Below, one piece after another: positions 1 to 8,513 of a stretch of DNA of 35,792 bases. The stretch comes from Draconibacterium sp. (GTDB lineage Bacteria > Bacteroidota > Bacteroidia > Bacteroidales > Prolixibacteraceae), in contig JAUVDE010000001.1 in the NCBI GenBank assembly GCA_030595485.1, positions 1-35,792 of the forward strand. Reading direction: 5' to 3'. The notes beneath the pieces were generated by a model, which did not search any database, was not told the DNA's origin, and saw only the letters and a program-made list of their open reading frames with translations. A program made the position numbers and the translations under genes. Positions within the stretch are counted from its first letter, which is position 1; the number at the start of each line of letters is the position of its first letter.

Positions 1-41
1 TGGAATAATCTTAATTTTATAAAATTGAATTATTCAAATAA

Positions 42-719
42 ATGAAAAAGATTTTACTCCATTTTATTTTTGCGATCATTGTAATAGCCGATTTAGTTGG
101 TGAATTCTTGCAAAATACTCAGTTGGACCACATTGCGAAACCTTTGCTGTTAATTTGGATTGGTGGCTATTTTATTGCACACTCGAAGGGATTAGATAAA
201 AAGGTGCTTAAACTAGCGGGATTTGGTTTTTTGTTTTCGTGGTTTGGCGATTTATTTATGCTATTTTCTGCCGATTTTATCTACTTTGTTTTAGGAATTG
301 CTTCGTTTTTGGTGGCACAGATGCTTTATGCATTCCTATTTCTTCGTACCATAAATATTTCGGGTAAAAAGCCATTTCTGAAAAAGAAACCGGTATGGCT
401 GATTCTATACATTGCCTTTGGCTTGATCATTTATATTCTTCTTTTTAATCAATTAGATGCCGTATTAAAAGTTGCCATTTTTATTTATATGGTTGCCATT
501 TTAATTATGTCGGCAATGGCCTTAAATCGATATGGAAATGGACATCCTTTAAGTTTTTCATTGGTGTTTGCAGGCTCCTTACTTTTTGTGGCTTCCGATT
601 CAATGATTGCTATAAATCGTTTCCTCGTGCCTATTCCTTTTGAAGGACTTTTTATTATGGGCACTTATATTGCAGCGCAGTTTTTAATAATGAAAGGGAT
701 TTTGAAACAATACGAATAA
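42..719 (+). CDS. YhhN/TMEM86-family lysoplasmalogenase-like membrane protein
   Basis: 225 aa, about 8 hydrophobic segments; family motifs AKPL, FSWFGD, LGIASFLVAQ, LFVASDSMIA, TYIAAQ. Confidence 0.85.
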   Translation: MKKILLHFIFAIIVIADLVGEFLQNTQLDHIAKPLLLIWIGGYFIAHSKGLDKKVLKLAGFGFLFSWFGDLFMLFSADFIYFVLGIASFLVAQMLYAFLFLRTINISGKKPFLKKKPVWLILYIAFGLIIYILLFNQLDAVLKVAIFIYMVAILIMSAMALNRYGNGHPLSFSLVFAGSLLFVASDSMIAINRFLVPIPFEGLFIMGTYIAAQFLIMKGILKQYE

Positions 720-747
720 AAAAGTCCCGACTTTTTGAGACGGGACT
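718..747 (-). terminator. Intrinsic terminator hairpin between convergent genes
   Basis: AGTCCCG (723-729)/CGGGACT (741-747) stem; the A-tract at 718-723 gives a U-tail on the minus strand. Confidence 0.65.
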
Positions 748-777
748 GCCTTGATTTTATTTTTAATCAAACTCAGG

Positions 778-1188
778 TTAATATGCAAATACTTTACTGT
801 TTGAGCTAATAAAACGGTCGAGAAAAATTAGCACTGAAAAAGCTGCCATAATTGCACCTACGGCCAAAGGAAGACTTCCCAGTTTACTAAAAAATGAGTC
901 GTAACTTTCCAATACTCCACTATTCATCTTAGGTAATATGCTTTGTAACTGACCATCGGGTTGAGTGCCTGTGTTTTGCATGAAAAAAACCATTGCTAGC
1001 AAGGCAATAAATAGTATCATAATAATCCAAAATCCCTTTCCTAAAACCTTTTCCGACTTAATTCTTTCCAAAGCGGTACTTTCTTCAAAGATTTTATTCA
1101 TCACCCTTACCGAGAAATTTGGCTCAGGAGAGTCAAGTTTCATTCCCTGTAATAATGCTTTTAATTTTATGTCTTCTAGCTCGTTCAT
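778..1188 (-). CDS. Probable membrane anti-sigma factor
   Basis: 136 aa; N-terminal LKALLQ...SPEPNFSVRVMNKI segment followed by two TM helices; 4-nt ATGA overlap with the upstream ECF sigma gene. Confidence 0.7.
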   Translation of the reverse strand: MNELEDIKLKALLQGMKLDSPEPNFSVRVMNKIFEESTALERIKSEKVLGKGFWIIMILFIALLAMVFFMQNTGTQPDGQLQSILPKMNSGVLESYDSFFSKLGSLPLAVGAIMAAFSVLIFLDRFISSNSKVFAY

Positions 1189-1751
1189 AATATGGTGTAT
1201 AACTCGTCTTTCATCATTTCGCTTAAAATTGAATAGAGCTTTTTGCGTGCCCTGAACAATTTAACCTTCGTATTACTTTCCGAGAGTCTGGTGACCCTGC
1301 TTATTTCTTCAATCGATTGTTCTTCGAAATAATAGAGCAGAACCAATGTGTATTCCTCTTCGGGAAGTTTCGCTAACGCCTTTTTTACGGCTTGTGCACG
1401 ATTCTCTTCTGGAATGCCATCCAGATTTAATTCAGTAGTTTCATCTCTTATTTCTATGTCGTCAGTCGATGCAAAATGTATTTTTCGTTTCCTTACTTCC
1501 GAAATACAGTTATTGTATGTAATCCGGTAAAGCCAGGTGGAGAATTTTGCACTTCCTTTAAAAGTGTGTAACGACTTATAGGCTTTTATAAAACTTTCCT
1601 GTGCCATTTCCTCGGCATCTGTACGATTTTTAAGAACTTTTAGAGCAATTGAAAATACAATATCTTGATATTGTTCCACGATATATGAAAAGTAATTGGT
1701 TTGCCCAGCCTTTACTTTTTCTATATAATAGATATCGTCTTTTTGCTCCAT
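1185..1751 (-). CDS. ECF RNA polymerase sigma-70 factor
   Basis: 188 aa; region 2 DAEEMAQESFIKAY...FSTWLYRITYN and region 4 LYYFEEQSIEEIS...TKVKLFRARKKL. Confidence 0.95.
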   Translation of the reverse strand: MEQKDDIYYIEKVKAGQTNYFSYIVEQYQDIVFSIALKVLKNRTDAEEMAQESFIKAYKSLHTFKGSAKFSTWLYRITYNNCISEVRKRKIHFASTDDIEIRDETTELNLDGIPEENRAQAVKKALAKLPEEEYTLVLLYYFEEQSIEEISRVTRLSESNTKVKLFRARKKLYSILSEMMKDELYTIL

Positions 1752-1756
1752 CTGTC

Positions 1757-1787
1757 CTTTTGACGTAAGAAAATGTTTGTGGTTACA
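1757..1787 (-). promoter_or_regulatory. ECF-type promoter for the sigma/anti-sigma operon
   Basis: Minus strand TGTAACC-N15-CGTCAAAAG ending 5 nt before the ATG; fits the general ECF -35 AAC / -10 CGT pattern; identical copy on the opposite strand. Confidence 0.8.
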
Positions 1788-1881
1788 AATTACGAAGAAA
1801 AAATTATACTCTTCTTTCTTATATATTAATAAATGTCAAAGATGATAAAATGAATATTTCTGAAAATTAAGTTTGATAAAG

Positions 1882-1912
1882 TGTAACCGATAAACTAAAG
1901 TTGCGTCAAAAG
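1882..1912 (+). promoter_or_regulatory. ECF-type promoter for the DUF6249-like gene
   Basis: TGTAACC (1882-1888)-N15-CGTCAAAAG (1904-1912). Confidence 0.8.
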
Positions 1913-1952
1913 AGCGATAACAAAAATTAGAAACATTTTAAAATTTAATATC

Positions 1953-2276
1953 ATGGAAGGAATATTTGTACCAATCGGATTTTTTTTAGCACTTTTCGCT
2001 ATTTTGTATGTTTACTGGACAACAAGAACCAAAGAACGTTTAGCCTTAGTTGAAAAAGGAATGGATGCTGGCATTTTTAAAGGAGCATGTTCGCAACTGG
2101 CACTAGTAAAGTGGGGGATTTTTTTAGTAGCAATTGGAATGGGTGTTGTAGCTGGTTTCGGACTCTCGACAGTAATAAACGAAGTAGTAGCATTTTTTAC
2201 TGCCATACTAATTTGCGGCGGAGTAGGCTTAATCGTAGCCTACACAGTTACTAATAAGTTGATGGAGAAAGAGTAA
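1953..2276 (+). CDS. Small membrane protein, DUF6249-like
   Basis: 107 aa, 3 TM; motif R-x-K-E-R-L-A-L-V-E-K-G followed by KWG...GMG; divergent from the ECF sigma gene. Confidence 0.75.
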   Translation: MEGIFVPIGFFLALFAILYVYWTTRTKERLALVEKGMDAGIFKGACSQLALVKWGIFLVAIGMGVVAGFGLSTVINEVVAFFTAILICGGVGLIVAYTVTNKLMEKE

Positions 2277-2292
2277 GGATTTCTAAAAACTG

Positions 2293-2328
2293 AAAAAGCG
2301 ACATTGAATTTCATTGTCGCTTTTTTTT
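2293..2328. terminator. Bidirectional intrinsic terminator
   Basis: AAAAAGCGACA...TGTCGCTTTTTTTT between convergent genes. Confidence 0.85.
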
Positions 2329-2340
2329 GCTTTTTGTTTT

Positions 2341-3615
2341 TTATTCTGAATAGAATTTTATCACTTTTCGTATTGATTCTTCACACACTGGGCAAAATCC
2401 ATTTGCTACGTTGCTTTTCATTCGGCAGTCAATAGCCGGACTATAAATCCCTTTATCCATGTAACCACCACCTTCGAAAACTCCAACTGAATTTTTGTAT
2501 TTCTCTTTTCGTGGAGTTGGAATAGGAGTTGATTCTTCAATCATTGATTTCCATTTCTTTTCGAAATCAACATTGGTTGTTAAGTTTGGTTCCCAGGGTT
2601 CAATTTCAAGGTTGTAAAAATCTTCATAGGCCACTGATGAATTGTAATATTCATCGCCCAAGCCGGCAAAACCATGCCCAAATTCGTGTACAAAAACTTC
2701 TTTGGTAAGTTCATTATCCGATGTGCACACCGATAAAAAATTGTAAAATCCGCCACCTCCATATCTTTCGGTATTTACTAAAACATAAATATGGTCGTAT
2801 GGCGCAGCCGAGGCCACATCGTAAACCGATTTCATATCGTAGGTTGTCAGGTAGCGTGGCACATCAAAGGTGTAGAACTTCGAGTTGAAATGAGTATTTT
2901 TATAAATGTTTTCTCCCGGAACATCGGTTCCTGATTCTGCAGAAGGAGTAAAGACTGCTTTTATATTAAATTTTTCTTGCTCCGATTTAAAGGGTTCCTC
3001 TTCAAATAGGTAGCCTGAAACTCGCTTGGCATCTTCAATAAATTTCTCTTTTTCAAAAGTGCTGTAACCTTCAGCTAAAATTACCAAGTCTACTTTCTTT
3101 TCAGGGTTACCATTTTTCACAATGTCAAATATCTCGTAGTCGGCATTGGCTTCTTTTAAAATGAAGTAATCTTTCGGGTTGATTTCGGTTTGGTACAAGG
3201 TTTTAAAATTGCCGTCCCATTGGCGTGCTTCAATTTCCAATCGTACATTCTTCTTGGGAAAAGGGAAAATAGCAGCTTGGTAAAAAGTTTTGTTGAGCGT
3301 TTTTGCTTCGGCTGTTGTTTGCCATTCCTGAAAAAGGGTACTAAATCCTTTGCTGAAAATCAAACTGTCGGATTTTGAATCGAATATACGAAAACGGTAA
3401 CTTCCATAATTGAATGTATCGATTAGGTTATTTTTAGATCCAGCCCAAAAAGCTTCCTGTTTCATTTCTTGTGGATAAACAACAACTTCATCGCTGTTTC
3501 CGCCCAAAAGAAAATCAAATCGAAAGGATTTATTCTTGAAATATGAATTGTAATCTACTTGAGCAAATGTTAAAAACGGCAGAATTAAAAGAATTAATAC
3601 AAAGTTCAGCTTCAT
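2341..3615 (-). CDS. Secreted M64-family (IgA peptidase-like) zinc metallopeptidase
   Basis: Signal peptide; VDLVILAEGY, YGGGG, HEFGHGFAGLGDEY zinc motif; C-terminal CRMKS...FCPVC. Confidence 0.9.
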   Translation of the reverse strand: MKLNFVLILLILPFLTFAQVDYNSYFKNKSFRFDFLLGGNSDEVVVYPQEMKQEAFWAGSKNNLIDTFNYGSYRFRIFDSKSDSLIFSKGFSTLFQEWQTTAEAKTLNKTFYQAAIFPFPKKNVRLEIEARQWDGNFKTLYQTEINPKDYFILKEANADYEIFDIVKNGNPEKKVDLVILAEGYSTFEKEKFIEDAKRVSGYLFEEEPFKSEQEKFNIKAVFTPSAESGTDVPGENIYKNTHFNSKFYTFDVPRYLTTYDMKSVYDVASAAPYDHIYVLVNTERYGGGGFYNFLSVCTSDNELTKEVFVHEFGHGFAGLGDEYYNSSVAYEDFYNLEIEPWEPNLTTNVDFEKKWKSMIEESTPIPTPRKEKYKNSVGVFEGGGYMDKGIYSPAIDCRMKSNVANGFCPVCEESIRKVIKFYSE

Positions 3616-3670
3616 TTTATGAGCATTTATTATTTTTGGCTGAAAATAAGAAATATTAGCAAATAAAAGT

Positions 3671-4993
3671 ATGAGTACTATTTATAAATTCTTACTGGAT
3701 TATATTCGTGGATTCGCGGGGATGGATTCTTTTGCAAAGCCTTTGGCAGCATTTGTATGTATTGTATTAATTGTAATTGTAGCCTTGCTCGCACATTTTT
3801 TAACACGGCAAATATTATTGCGAATTGTAACTCGAATTGCTAAACGTACAAAAACTGAATGGGACGATATTCTTGTTAAAAATAAAGTATTTAGAGGCTT
3901 GTCGCACTTAGTGCCTGCCTTTATCCTTTTTTACACTGCCGATTTCTCGTTGCCTGAAATTATGCCAGATTTAGATGATCCTACTCAGGCTGGCTTGATT
4001 GCAACGCTATCCGCCAATCATTATTTTGAACTAACAGGATTCTTACTTAAAATAGCCAGAGTATACTTTACATTAATTCTTGTTTTTGTGGCAAATTCGG
4101 TACTGAATGCCGGAACGGAGATTTATAATACAACCGAATATTCGCATCATCGGCCAATAAGAGGGTATGTTCAGTTGCTAAAAATACTCGTTTATTTTAT
4201 GGCAGCAATAATGATAATTGCTGCTTTACTTAATCGAAACCCTACTTTTTTGTTAACATGGCTGGGAACTATGGCGGCAGTTCTGCTTTTGGTGTTTAAA
4301 GATACAATTCTTGGTTTTGTGGCTTCTATACAGTTGTCGGCAAATAATATGGTGAAAATTGGCGATTGGATTGAAATGAAAAGCCATGGTGCCGATGGAA
4401 CAGTTTTGGATATTACTTTGAATACTGTAAAAATACAGAATTGGGATAAAACTATTTCAACAATACCAACATATGCACTTGTATCCGAATCGTTTAACAA
4501 TTGGAAAGGAATGGAAGAATCAGGCGGACGTAGAATTAAACGTTCGGTTGCGATTGATACCAACTCAATCAAATTTTGCGATTCGCAAATGCTCAATCGT
4601 TTCGAGAAGTTTGAGTTAATTCGTGATTACGTAATTCAAAAAGAAAAAGAATTAAGCGAGTACAACAAAAACAAAAATTTAACTGAAGGGGATTATATTA
4701 GTGGACGCCATCAAACGAATGTGGGTATTTTTAGGAAATATCTTGAGGTGTACTTACATCAACATCCGAATGTACACAATAGTATGACTTTTTTGGTTCG
4801 TCAGTTGCAGCCAATGGGGAAAGGTTTGCCCATTGAAATCTATGTTTTTAGTAACGACCAGGAGTGGGCAAACTACGAAGCTATTCAGTCAGATATTTTT
4901 GATCATATTTTTGCGGTTGTTCCCGAGTTTGAATTAAGAGTATTTCAGGAGCCAACAGGTGCCGATATTGCAATAATTGCGTCAAAAAGGTGA
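3671..4993 (+). CDS. MscS-family mechanosensitive channel (YbdG-like)
   Basis: FKDTILGFVASIQL, IGDWIEM, GADGTV, VKIQNWDKTI, GGRRIKRS, QSDIFDH. Confidence 0.92.
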   Translation: MSTIYKFLLDYIRGFAGMDSFAKPLAAFVCIVLIVIVALLAHFLTRQILLRIVTRIAKRTKTEWDDILVKNKVFRGLSHLVPAFILFYTADFSLPEIMPDLDDPTQAGLIATLSANHYFELTGFLLKIARVYFTLILVFVANSVLNAGTEIYNTTEYSHHRPIRGYVQLLKILVYFMAAIMIIAALLNRNPTFLLTWLGTMAAVLLLVFKDTILGFVASIQLSANNMVKIGDWIEMKSHGADGTVLDITLNTVKIQNWDKTISTIPTYALVSESFNNWKGMEESGGRRIKRSVAIDTNSIKFCDSQMLNRFEKFELIRDYVIQKEKELSEYNKNKNLTEGDYISGRHQTNVGIFRKYLEVYLHQHPNVHNSMTFLVRQLQPMGKGLPIEIYVFSNDQEWANYEAIQSDIFDHIFAVVPEFELRVFQEPTGADIAIIASKR

Positions 4994-5097
4994 TTATTGG
5001 ATTAGATTAAATACATTTGGTAAACTTCCATCTTCTTACAGATCGTAACAATTTATATGTTTTTAAGCATCTCAGCTTAATAATTATGGTTTTTATA

Positions 5098-5105
5098 TAC
5101 ATTTG
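5098..5105 (+). promoter_or_regulatory. Bacteroidota sigma-70 -7 element
   Basis: TACATTTG matches TAnnTTTG, 34 nt upstream of the Lrp/AsnC start; a second identical copy lies at 5012-5019. Confidence 0.6.
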
Positions 5106-5139
5106 TGCTCGAAATTGAAACTAACAGAGAAATAGAATA

Positions 5140-5625
5140 ATGAAGACTGACGATTATTTAGAAGAAAAACCAGCTGCTATTGACCAGTTGGATGAAAAAA
5201 TACTCAAATTAATTACAAAAAATGCCCGAATTCCTTTTCTTGAAGTTGCTCGCGAGTGCGGAGTTTCAGGAGCTGCAATTCACCAAAGGGTACAGCGATT
5301 ATTGAATATTGGTGTTGTTCATGGAAGTGAATTTATTGTGAGCCCGCAGAAGCTGGGTTACAATACTTGTGCTTACATGGGGATTTACTTAGATAAGGCA
5401 AAATATCATGCACAGGTTGCCGAAGCTTTACGTAAAATTCCAGAAATTGTAGAGTGTCATTACACCACTGGTGCTTATGCCATCTTTGCGAAAATTCAAA
5501 CAAAAACCAATAAGCATTTAAAACGTTTAATCGACGAAGAACTTCAGGATATTGAAGGGATTGCACGAACCGAAACGTTTATATCGCTTGAAATGGATTT
5601 TAAACGACAAGTTCCTATCAAATAA
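5140..5625 (+). CDS. Lrp/AsnC family transcriptional regulator (paralog 1)
   Basis: IDQLDEKIL...NARIPFLEVARECGVSGAAIHQRV HTH; ECHYTTG; TETFISL. Confidence 0.95.
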   Translation: MKTDDYLEEKPAAIDQLDEKILKLITKNARIPFLEVARECGVSGAAIHQRVQRLLNIGVVHGSEFIVSPQKLGYNTCAYMGIYLDKAKYHAQVAEALRKIPEIVECHYTTGAYAIFAKIQTKTNKHLKRLIDEELQDIEGIARTETFISLEMDFKRQVPIK

Positions 5626-5653
5626 AAAAGCCGGTTTTAAACCGGCTTTTTTT
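5624..5653. terminator. Bidirectional intrinsic terminator
   Basis: AAAAAAGCCGGTTTTAAACCGGCTTTTTTT near-perfect inverted repeat. Confidence 0.9.
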
Positions 5654-5671
5654 TATCTCATTTTATTCGTT

Positions 5672-7006
5672 TTAACTGTTTTCGTTGGAATAAGCAATGT
5701 TATACGATTCGTTGTGTTGGCTCATGTCCAAACCAATCTTCTCTCCATGCGGTGAAATACGCATCGGAACAATCATATCGGTAATTTTATACATTAACAT
5801 TGAACCTCCGAATGTAAAGATGCCAACAATTACAAGTGCCAATAAGTGATAAAGGAAAGTCGTGATTTCACCGTGAATAAGTCCTACTTCGTTGGCAAAA
5901 ACTGCAGTGGCAAGCATACCAACAATTCCACCCATTCCGTGTGCAGGAAATACATCTAGAGTATCATCTAAACGCGATTTGGAACGAAGTGTAATGGAAT
6001 AATTACTAACAATGGCAGCAATGACTCCAATAAAAACACTTGAGCCAATATTTACAAATCCGGCAGCAGGAGTAATTGCAACCAACCCAACTACCAGTCC
6101 AATAGATGCACCAACTGCCGAAGGTTTTCGTCCTTGAGCTGCATCGAAGAAAATCCAGGTTAACATGGCTGCTGCTGATGCAGTATTCGTATTTACGAGA
6201 GCAGTAGCTGCAACCGCATCGGCTGCCAAGGCTGAACCTGCATTGAATCCAAACCAACCAAACCAAAGCATACCAGCTCCTAATAATATATAAGGAATAT
6301 TGGCAGGCTTAAATTCTTTGCTGGCATCTTTTCTTCTGCCTAAGAAAATGGCACCTGCTAAAGCCGCAAAACCTGCAGACATGTGAACAACGGTACCACC
6401 GGCAAAGTCAAGTACTCCCCAATTTCTTAAGAATCCATTTGGGTGCCAGGTCCAATGGGCTAGTGGGGCGTATATAAATACAATAAACAGTACCATAAAT
6501 AGCATATAGGCTCTAAAACGAACTCTTCCGGCAAAGGACCCAGTAATAAGTGCTGGGGTAATTATGGCAAATTTAAGTTGGAACATTGCAAATATTGCAA
6601 ATGGGAAGGTTGGTGCAAAGTCGGGGTGGGTTCCGCCACCAACGCCTTTGAACATGAAATAGGTGAAGGGGTTTCCAAATAAACCAAAGCCGTCGGGGCC
6701 AATACTTTCTCCAAATGCAATGCTAAACCCAACAACAACCCAAAGTACACTTACTATTCCCATGGCAATAAAACTCTGTAGCATGGTTGAAATGATGTTA
6801 CGTGGTTGTGCCATTCCTCCGTAAAAAAACGCAAGTCCTGGAGTCATTAAAAGCACAAGGCCAGTTGCTGTTAACATCCAGGCAGTATCTCCTGTATCTA
6901 TGTTTGAAAAATCTTGCTCGCCAAGTCCGGTAGGAATAAAAAGGCCTACGAAGGCAACAATTACCAATAGGGCTAAAATAAGCCACCAACTTAATGTCTT
7001 TTTCAT
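5672..7006 (-). CDS. amt: Ammonium transporter (Amt family)
   Basis: GDTAW, PGLAFFYGG, DFAGGTVVH, WFGWFGFNAGS, DDTLDVFPAHG (both pore histidines present). Confidence 0.97.
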   Translation of the reverse strand: MKKTLSWWLILALLVIVAFVGLFIPTGLGEQDFSNIDTGDTAWMLTATGLVLLMTPGLAFFYGGMAQPRNIISTMLQSFIAMGIVSVLWVVVGFSIAFGESIGPDGFGLFGNPFTYFMFKGVGGGTHPDFAPTFPFAIFAMFQLKFAIITPALITGSFAGRVRFRAYMLFMVLFIVFIYAPLAHWTWHPNGFLRNWGVLDFAGGTVVHMSAGFAALAGAIFLGRRKDASKEFKPANIPYILLGAGMLWFGWFGFNAGSALAADAVAATALVNTNTASAAAMLTWIFFDAAQGRKPSAVGASIGLVVGLVAITPAAGFVNIGSSVFIGVIAAIVSNYSITLRSKSRLDDTLDVFPAHGMGGIVGMLATAVFANEVGLIHGEITTFLYHLLALVIVGIFTFGGSMLMYKITDMIVPMRISPHGEKIGLDMSQHNESYNIAYSNENS

Positions 7007-7021
7007 TTGTCTGTCGTTTTT

Positions 7022-7056
7022 AATAGCTTAAAACAATGCCATTGTAATAAGCTATT
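7022..7056. repeat. 35-bp imperfect inverted repeat upstream of amt
   Basis: AATAGCTTA-AA-ACAATG-C-CATTGT-AA-TAAGCTATT. Confidence 0.7.
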
Positions 7057-7286
7057 TATATTTAAATAAACTAGAGTTTACTTACTGTCTGTTATTAATT
7101 CGAGTTGAATGTATGAATATATTGTTTTATTTAGGTTTAATGTGGAAAAAAGAAAGATAAAATGAATAATACTTAACAGATTGATAAAGATTGCGGCATT
7201 GGAACTAGGTTTGCCAGTATTGTTTTCATTTTGTTACTTTCTATGTAATTGCCTTTCTAAAACTTGAATTAATGTTAGTTTTTTGA

Positions 7287-7294
7287 TAATTTTG
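7287..7294 (+). promoter_or_regulatory. Bacteroidota sigma-70 -7 element
   Basis: TAATTTTG, 17 nt upstream of the second Lrp/AsnC start. Confidence 0.55.
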
Positions 7295-7311
7295 GTAGAA
7301 AATTGTAAGAT

Positions 7312-7779
7312 ATGACTTTGAGGAATAATTTGGATGACTGGGATTTAAAGATTTTAGATATTATTACAAAAAATGCACGTATACCTTTTAAAGATGTAGC
7401 TAAAGAAGTGGGGATCTCACGAGCGGCAGTTCATCAACGTGTTAATAGAATGGTAGATTTAGAAGTTATTGTTGGTTCCGGTTATCACATTAATCCTAAA
7501 AAAGTTGAATTTAAAACCTGCACTTACATAGGTATTTTTCTGGATAAAGGTGGCCTTTTTACTGAAGTAGTAAAAGAGCTGGAAAAGATTCTGGAGATTG
7601 TGGAATGTCATTATACCACAGGTCAGTATGCAATTTTTGTTAAAGTATATGCAAAAGACAACGAACACCTGAAAAATATCCTAAGTGGTAAGATTCAGAA
7701 AATTCAGGGCATTGCAAGTACCGAGACTTTTATTTCTCTGGAAGAATCATTCAAAAGAACAATTCCGGTAAACGCTTAG
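7312..7779 (+). CDS. Lrp/AsnC family transcriptional regulator (paralog 2)
   Basis: LDDWDLKIL...NARIPFKDVAKEVGISRAAVHQRV; ECHYTTG; TETFISL. Confidence 0.95.
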   Translation: MTLRNNLDDWDLKILDIITKNARIPFKDVAKEVGISRAAVHQRVNRMVDLEVIVGSGYHINPKKVEFKTCTYIGIFLDKGGLFTEVVKELEKILEIVECHYTTGQYAIFVKVYAKDNEHLKNILSGKIQKIQGIASTETFISLEESFKRTIPVNA

Positions 7780-8513
7780 TTACGTTGTCGGATAGCCTCG
7801 TATATCATCAGGGCTGCCGATACCGAAACATTTAAAGAACCTATTTCTCCAAGAATTGGAATTTGTAATTGCTCATCGGCAATACGCAAAATCTGATTTG
7901 AAATACCTGTATCTTCAGAACCCATAACTATACCTAAAGGCATTGTTAAATTGGCCTGAGTATATAATTTATTTCCCTTTTCGCTTGCTGCGACAACAAA
8001 TATGCCCGAAGCTTGCAAAAAGCTAACCGTATCGGTAATGTTCTTTACTCTACAAATAGGTATATGGTGAATAGCTCCTGCCGAAGTTTTTATGGCATCT
8101 GCACCAATTCGCGCCATTCCTTTTTCCGGAATTACAATGGCATGTACGCCTGCACATTCTGCAGAACGGGTGATGGCTCCAAAATTACGCACATCTGTAA
8201 TTTGGTCAAGAATAAGGATTAATGGAGTTTTACCTTCTTCGTAAATGCCCGGAAGCACATTTTCAATATTGTCGAATTCAACTGGCGAAATAAAAGCCAA
8301 AACGCCCTGGTGATTTTTTCGGGTAACACGATTAATCTTTTCAACCGGAACATATTGAGTTACAATGTCATTCTCTTTTATCAACTGGTGCAACTCTTGA
8401 AACAACTCATTCGAAAGTCCCTTTTTTATTAGTACCTTTTCTACTGTTTTTCCTTTTTTTATAGCTTCAATTACAGCTCGTGTTCCAAATATAAAATCTT
8501 CGTTGTTTGTCAT
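7776..8513 (-). CDS. rlmB: 23S rRNA (guanosine-2251-2'-O)-methyltransferase RlmB (TrmH/SPOUT)
   Basis: FGTRAVIEA, NHQGV, DQITDVRNFGAITRSAEC, MGSEDTG, SLNVSVS; start moved from 8537 to the ATG at 8513, which overlaps the ABC-F stop (TAATG). Confidence 0.93.
   Translation of the reverse strand: MTNNEDFIFGTRAVIEAIKKGKTVEKVLIKKGLSNELFQELHQLIKENDIVTQYVPVEKINRVTRKNHQGVLAFISPVEFDNIENVLPGIYEEGKTPLILILDQITDVRNFGAITRSAECAGVHAIVIPEKGMARIGADAIKTSAGAIHHIPICRVKNITDTVSFLQASGIFVVAASEKGNKLYTQANLTMPLGIVMGSEDTGISNQILRIADEQLQIPILGEIGSLNVSVSAALMIYEAIRQRN

Noticed and set aside
5045-5071. GTAAC...CATC as a third ECF promoter
   Set aside because: Spacer is 18 nt rather than 16 and both boxes deviate
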